From an uncultured Gemmatimonadales bacterium (lineage in GTDB: Bacteria > Gemmatimonadota > Gemmatimonadetes > Gemmatimonadales > GWC2-71-9), in assembly GCA_963821525.1 (NCBI GenBank), contig CAWGED010000010.1, positions 1 through 64,000 of the forward strand: a stretch of 64,000 nt of DNA, written 5' to 3'. The notes below the pieces were generated by a model. That model made no database searches, was not told the DNA's origin, and saw nothing but the letters and a program-made list of their open reading frames with translations. A program made the position numbers and the translations under genes. Of this stretch, positions 60,181 to 64,000 are shown piece after piece. Within the stretch, counting starts at the first letter, position 1. Each line of letters starts with the position of its first letter.

Positions 60181-61433
60181 CCCAGGACGCCGCGGCGCGC
60201 GCCGAGGAGCTGGCCCGCACCGCCTACGGCCGGCTCCTCGCCGTCCTGGCTGCCAGGGATGGTGACATCGAGTCGGCCGAGGACTGCCTCGCCGAGGCCT
60301 TCGCGCAGGCGCTGCGCACCTGGCCAGAGACCGGGGTCCCGAACAGCCCTGAGGCCTGGCTCCTTACCGTGGCGCGCAATCGCGGGCACGACCTCCGCCG
60401 TTCAGCGGCGCACCGGCTGAACGAGCCACTCGCGAACCTCGAGCGGACCGGCGCGCTGTCGGTGGTGCCGGAGCTCGATCCCGATGCGATCCCCGACCGA
60501 CGGCTCGCGCTGCTCTTCGTCTGCGCCCATCCTGCCATCGATCCCGCCGCACGTACACCGCTCATGCTCCAGGCAGTGCTCGGTTTCGAAGCCGAGCAGA
60601 TCGGGCGCGCCTTCGCCATCCCGGCGACAGCGATGGCCCAGCGACTGGTGCGCGCCAAACGCCGCATCCGGGACGCGAAGATCCCGTTCGTCGTGCCCGA
60701 TCGTGGCCAGATGCCGACGCGCCTCACTCCCGTGCTCGAGGCGATCTACGGCGCCTACGCGATCGACTTCCCCCTGGTCGCCGGCACCGTGCCGCGGGAT
60801 TCGCTCGCGGGCGAGGCGCACTACCTCGCCACTATGCTCGCCGAGCTGCTTCCCGCGGAGGCCGAGGCGCTTGGCCTCGGGGCACTCATCTCGCTTTCTC
60901 TCGCCCGCCACCCCGCGCGCGGAACGGTCGACGAATTTGTGCCGCTCGACGAGCAGGATCCTTCGCTCTGGGACGCAGAGCTTATCGCGAAAGGGGAGCA
61001 GTACCTTCGGCGGGCGCGCGATCTCGACCGTATGGGCCGTTTTCAGATCGAGGCCGCCATTCAGTCAGTCCATTGCGCCCGCGCGACCTCAGGCGCGACC
61101 GACTGGCGCGCGCTGCTGACCCTCCACACCGCTCTCCTCTCGTTCGCGCCGACACTCGGCGTGCGGGTCGCCCATGCGGCGGCGGTGGGACGGGTCGAGG
61201 GTCCAGATGCTGGACTCGAAGCGCTCGATGCGATCGGGGATGATTCCGCGCCGCGTTTCCAGCCTGCGTGGGCAACGCGGGCCCACCTGCTGGCCGCTGC
61301 GGGACGTGCCGGGGAGGCCGCGCTTGCATACGAGCGCGCCATCTCCCTCACGACCAACGGGGCGGCGCGCCGCTACCTCGAGCGGGTAAGTGCCCGATTG
61401 GCTGGTGAAGCACGGCGGGCAGTAAGTCCCTGA
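60177..61433 (+). CDS. ECF sigma factor with C-terminal extension (ECF42-like)
   Basis: YGRLLAVL, AWLLTVARN, LLFVCAHP, AMAQRLVRAK and FQIEAAIQSVH; coupled to the DGPF gene. Confidence 0.88.
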   Translation: MTQDAAARAEELARTAYGRLLAVLAARDGDIESAEDCLAEAFAQALRTWPETGVPNSPEAWLLTVARNRGHDLRRSAAHRLNEPLANLERTGALSVVPELDPDAIPDRRLALLFVCAHPAIDPAARTPLMLQAVLGFEAEQIGRAFAIPATAMAQRLVRAKRRIRDAKIPFVVPDRGQMPTRLTPVLEAIYGAYAIDFPLVAGTVPRDSLAGEAHYLATMLAELLPAEAEALGLGALISLSLARHPARGTVDEFVPLDEQDPSLWDAELIAKGEQYLRRARDLDRMGRFQIEAAIQSVHCARATSGATDWRALLTLHTALLSFAPTLGVRVAHAAAVGRVEGPDAGLEALDAIGDDSAPRFQPAWATRAHLLAAAGRAGEAALAYERAISLTTNGAARRYLERVSARLAGEARRAVSP

Positions 61434-61548
61434 GGGGCGCAGCTCATGGGCAGTGAGATCTGCCCCGGGGGACGATTGCCGTCGTGGGTTCCTCCCCCTA
61501 GCCTTCAGGTCGGTTTGGTCCCCCTTTTCCATCTTTGGAGACATTTCG

Positions 61549-62052
61549 ATGCGTCGTACTTTGGCTTACCTCCTGGTCGCCTGTTTCGTCGTCGGTTCCC
61601 TGCAGGCCCAGACACCTGCAAAGCAAGTCTCCGCGACCAGCCCGTCGCCGGCGACGCTGGATAGTGCCCTGGCTGCGTACCGCGCGGACATGCAGAGCAC
61701 CCGGGCCGACGTCATGGCCAAGAACCTGTCGCTCACCGCGGATCAGGCTGCCAAGTTCTGGCCGGTCTTCAATGCCTACCAGAAGGAACAGAACGTCATC
61801 ATGGACGAGCAGCTGCAGGATATTCAGCAGTACGTCGACGGCTATAATAGCATGGACGACGCGACCGCCCTCGCCCTCATCAAAGCGCATCTGGACCGGG
61901 ATGCCAAGATGACGGCGCTGCGCCAGAAGGGGCTGGTTGAGTTCCAGAAGGTGTTGCCCGGTATGCTTGCCGCGCGCGCGATGCAGATCGACCGGCGGCT
62001 GTCCCACGTGGCCCAGATGGAGATCTCCTCGAGGCTTCCCCTGATTCACTGA
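61549..62052 (+). CDS. secreted hypothetical protein
   Basis: GGAG RBS; signal peptide; NLSLT..Q..KFWPVFNAYQ. Confidence 0.75.
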   Translation: MRRTLAYLLVACFVVGSLQAQTPAKQVSATSPSPATLDSALAAYRADMQSTRADVMAKNLSLTADQAAKFWPVFNAYQKEQNVIMDEQLQDIQQYVDGYNSMDDATALALIKAHLDRDAKMTALRQKGLVEFQKVLPGMLAARAMQIDRRLSHVAQMEISSRLPLIH

Positions 62053-62084
62053 GGCGCACGAAGCAAGACCCGTGTCGAGAGCCG

Positions 62085-62468
62085 ATGGAAACGCCCCTCG
62101 ATACTGTGAATCGCCTCATCCGGGCGATCAACGCGGGCGACTTGGCTACGGCCGTGGCACTCTATGAGCCCGATGCGGTCCTCGTGGTTCAACCAGGTCA
62201 AGTCGCACGCGGGTCAGTCCAGCTACGCGAAGCGCTCAACGCTTTTGTCGCTTTGGGACCGACGCTGACTTCGGAGGCGCAGCATGTCCTGGAAGCCGGG
62301 GACGTGGCACTATACCTTGGCCGCTGGCAAGTTCGCGGTACTGATCCAGCTGGGGCACCGGTGATGCTCAAGGGCGAGTCGACCGACCTGCTCCGGCGTC
62401 AACGAGACGGTCGCTGGCTCATCGCCATCGATAATCCGTGGGGGCCTCAATTGCTGGGTCCAGGCTGA
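62085..62468 (+). CDS. SnoaL/NTF2-like (YybH/DUF4440) protein
   Basis: LYEPDAV and RRQRDGRWLIAIDNPWG. Confidence 0.88.
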   Translation: METPLDTVNRLIRAINAGDLATAVALYEPDAVLVVQPGQVARGSVQLREALNAFVALGPTLTSEAQHVLEAGDVALYLGRWQVRGTDPAGAPVMLKGESTDLLRRQRDGRWLIAIDNPWGPQLLGPG

Positions 62469-62907
62469 AGGGGATCTAGCTGGGAAGAACTCTCACCCAC
62501 GGCCTCACCGCCGCATTGGCGCTCTTGGGTGCCATTGACTGCGGGACTCCACCGACGGTCGTGGCCGGTCCTCAGGAGATTTCCTCTACTCCCCAACAGA
62601 TCACGTTCCTCGGCCCAGTCCCAGTTTCCGGCCCGAGGCGGGAACTCTGTTTCGACTTCGACCCGCCGGGGAATCTCAGAAGGCTTCGACCCTGCAGGCG
62701 GTTCTCCTCACCACCGAAGGCCGTCGCGATACCCTGCTTGAGCCCGGCGTGGATCGGCGCGGTGAGAGCCGGGTGTGTCTCGTGGCCGATCACCCCTCTG
62801 CAGCCGAAGTAACTCGTCTCGAAGGGTCGCAGTATCGCGGCGTCGAGCTCACGAGCAGCGCTGCTCCGGTGCATGTTAAGGCCATTCGCTGGTTGAGCGG
62901 TCGCTAA

Positions 62908-63246
62908 ATGACTCCTGAAGCTATCGTCCAGCGCCAGTTCGAGGCGGCCAACGCGCACGACATTGAACGCTTCATCGCGGAATTCGCCGACGATGCCCAA
63001 GTCTTCATGCCGCCGGCGGTGGCCCCGACGCTGGTGGGTAAACCCGACATTGCTCATCACTACAGCACCAAGCGTTTCAATATCCGGGCACTCCACTATG
63101 AGCTGCTGAACCGTATAGTGACCGGAAACATCGTCGTCGACCACGAGCGGATTAGCGGTATCGAGCCCGAGCCGTATGAGGTGGTGCTTGTATACCAGAT
63201 CATCGACGGTCGAGTTCAGACCGTGTGGCTCTTCCGGTCGGCCTAG
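62908..63246 (+). CDS. SnoaL/NTF2-like protein
   Basis: VQRQFEAANAHDI and GNIVVDHE. Confidence 0.85.
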   Translation: MTPEAIVQRQFEAANAHDIERFIAEFADDAQVFMPPAVAPTLVGKPDIAHHYSTKRFNIRALHYELLNRIVTGNIVVDHERISGIEPEPYEVVLVYQIIDGRVQTVWLFRSA

Positions 63247-63306
63247 CCAAGCTCTATCCTCATCTCCTCCATCTGGTAGGCGCGGCGCTCGTACTCTGGA
63301 GGGACC

Positions 63307-64000
63307 ATGGGCGACTGGCTACTCAATCTCCCCGTCCTTGCGATGGGAATCATCATCCTCGGGGCCATCTATCTCCTCACCGCTGCGATCTACCTGCTGG
63401 TCACCAAGCTCGCCGTGGGTGAGCGGCTGAAGGCATTCAAAGCGATCACACCGGGCATCCTTCCGCCGCTGAGCGTCGTCTTCGCCCTGCTGGTCGCCTT
63501 CCTGGCCAACCAGGTCTGGGGCGAAGCCGACAAGGCGAGCACTGCGGTCAATCGGGAGGCGAGCGCCTTACGCGCCGTCGTGCTTCTTGCTTCCCAGTTT
63601 CCGGGTGAGACAGAGACGCAGCTGCGTGGGCTCATCCACGACTACATCCAGGACGCCGCGAATCAGGAGTGGCCTGATATGGCCCGGCACCACGTCACCC
63701 TGACGATCGCCCCACCCAAGCTCGCCGAGGCGTTGCGGCTGGCGCTTTCACTCACACCGCAGCAGGTGGGTCAGGTGGACGCCCAGCGCGAGATGGTTGC
63801 CGCGCTCCAGAACGCCTTCGATGCCCGCCGCCAGCGCATCGTCCTCAGTGGATCGTCGATCAACTGGGTCAAATGGACCGTGCTGCTGATCCAGGCGGGA
63901 CTCACCCTGCTCACGATCGCCATGGTGCACTGCGACAATCGCCTCGCCAACCGCATCGTCCTGGGAATTTTCGCGACTGGCGTCGGGGTCGCCGTCTGGC
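63307..64000 (+). CDS. DUF4239-like membrane protein (partial, runs off window)
   Basis: GGAGG RBS; open frame from MGDWLLNLP; VFALLVAF..QVW, VNREASAL and EWP. Confidence 0.75.
   Translation, partial: MGDWLLNLPVLAMGIIILGAIYLLTAAIYLLVTKLAVGERLKAFKAITPGILPPLSVVFALLVAFLANQVWGEADKASTAVNREASALRAVVLLASQFPGETETQLRGLIHDYIQDAANQEWPDMARHHVTLTIAPPKLAEALRLALSLTPQQVGQVDAQREMVAALQNAFDARRQRIVLSGSSINWVKWTVLLIQAGLTLLTIAMVHCDNRLANRIVLGIFATGVGVAVW

Noticed and set aside
62500..62880. Possible degraded lipoprotein gene
   Set aside because: No clean start, frames are inconsistent and no motif was recognised.

Overview
High-GC bacterial accessory region. The gene content (TolB/TPR Ser/Thr kinase, duplicated orphan ABC permease, spmA/spmB, ECF42-DGPF pair) suggests a Gemmatimonadota-like soil organism; this is inference only. 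It holds about 75 mostly small genes: VOC/glyoxalase, SnoaL/NTF2, DUF1801, SRPBCC+ArsR, RibD/DHFR-like, methyltransferases, GNAT and hypotheticals. The main hidden structure is a decaying integron-type cassette field on the + strand. More than 20 attC-like sites occur from 1.3 to 59.3 kb, many belonging to one ~103-bp family and ranging from near-intact, through half sites, to collapsed core-only relics. I found no intact integrase, only a 9-codon GYDIRTVQE relic of an IntI-like gene. Also present: a duplicated, diverged cassette; an ORF-less cassette; orphan gene fragments; a nested inverted-repeat element at 50.4-50.8 kb; a GG-leader-like small peptide; an M13 peptidase with HDxxH instead of HExxH; and leaderless-type promoters for two ArsR-like regulators. 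About a dozen genes are frameshifted, from either decay or sequencing indels. No rRNA, tRNA or CRISPR array was recognised. All family calls come from motif recognition, not database searches.
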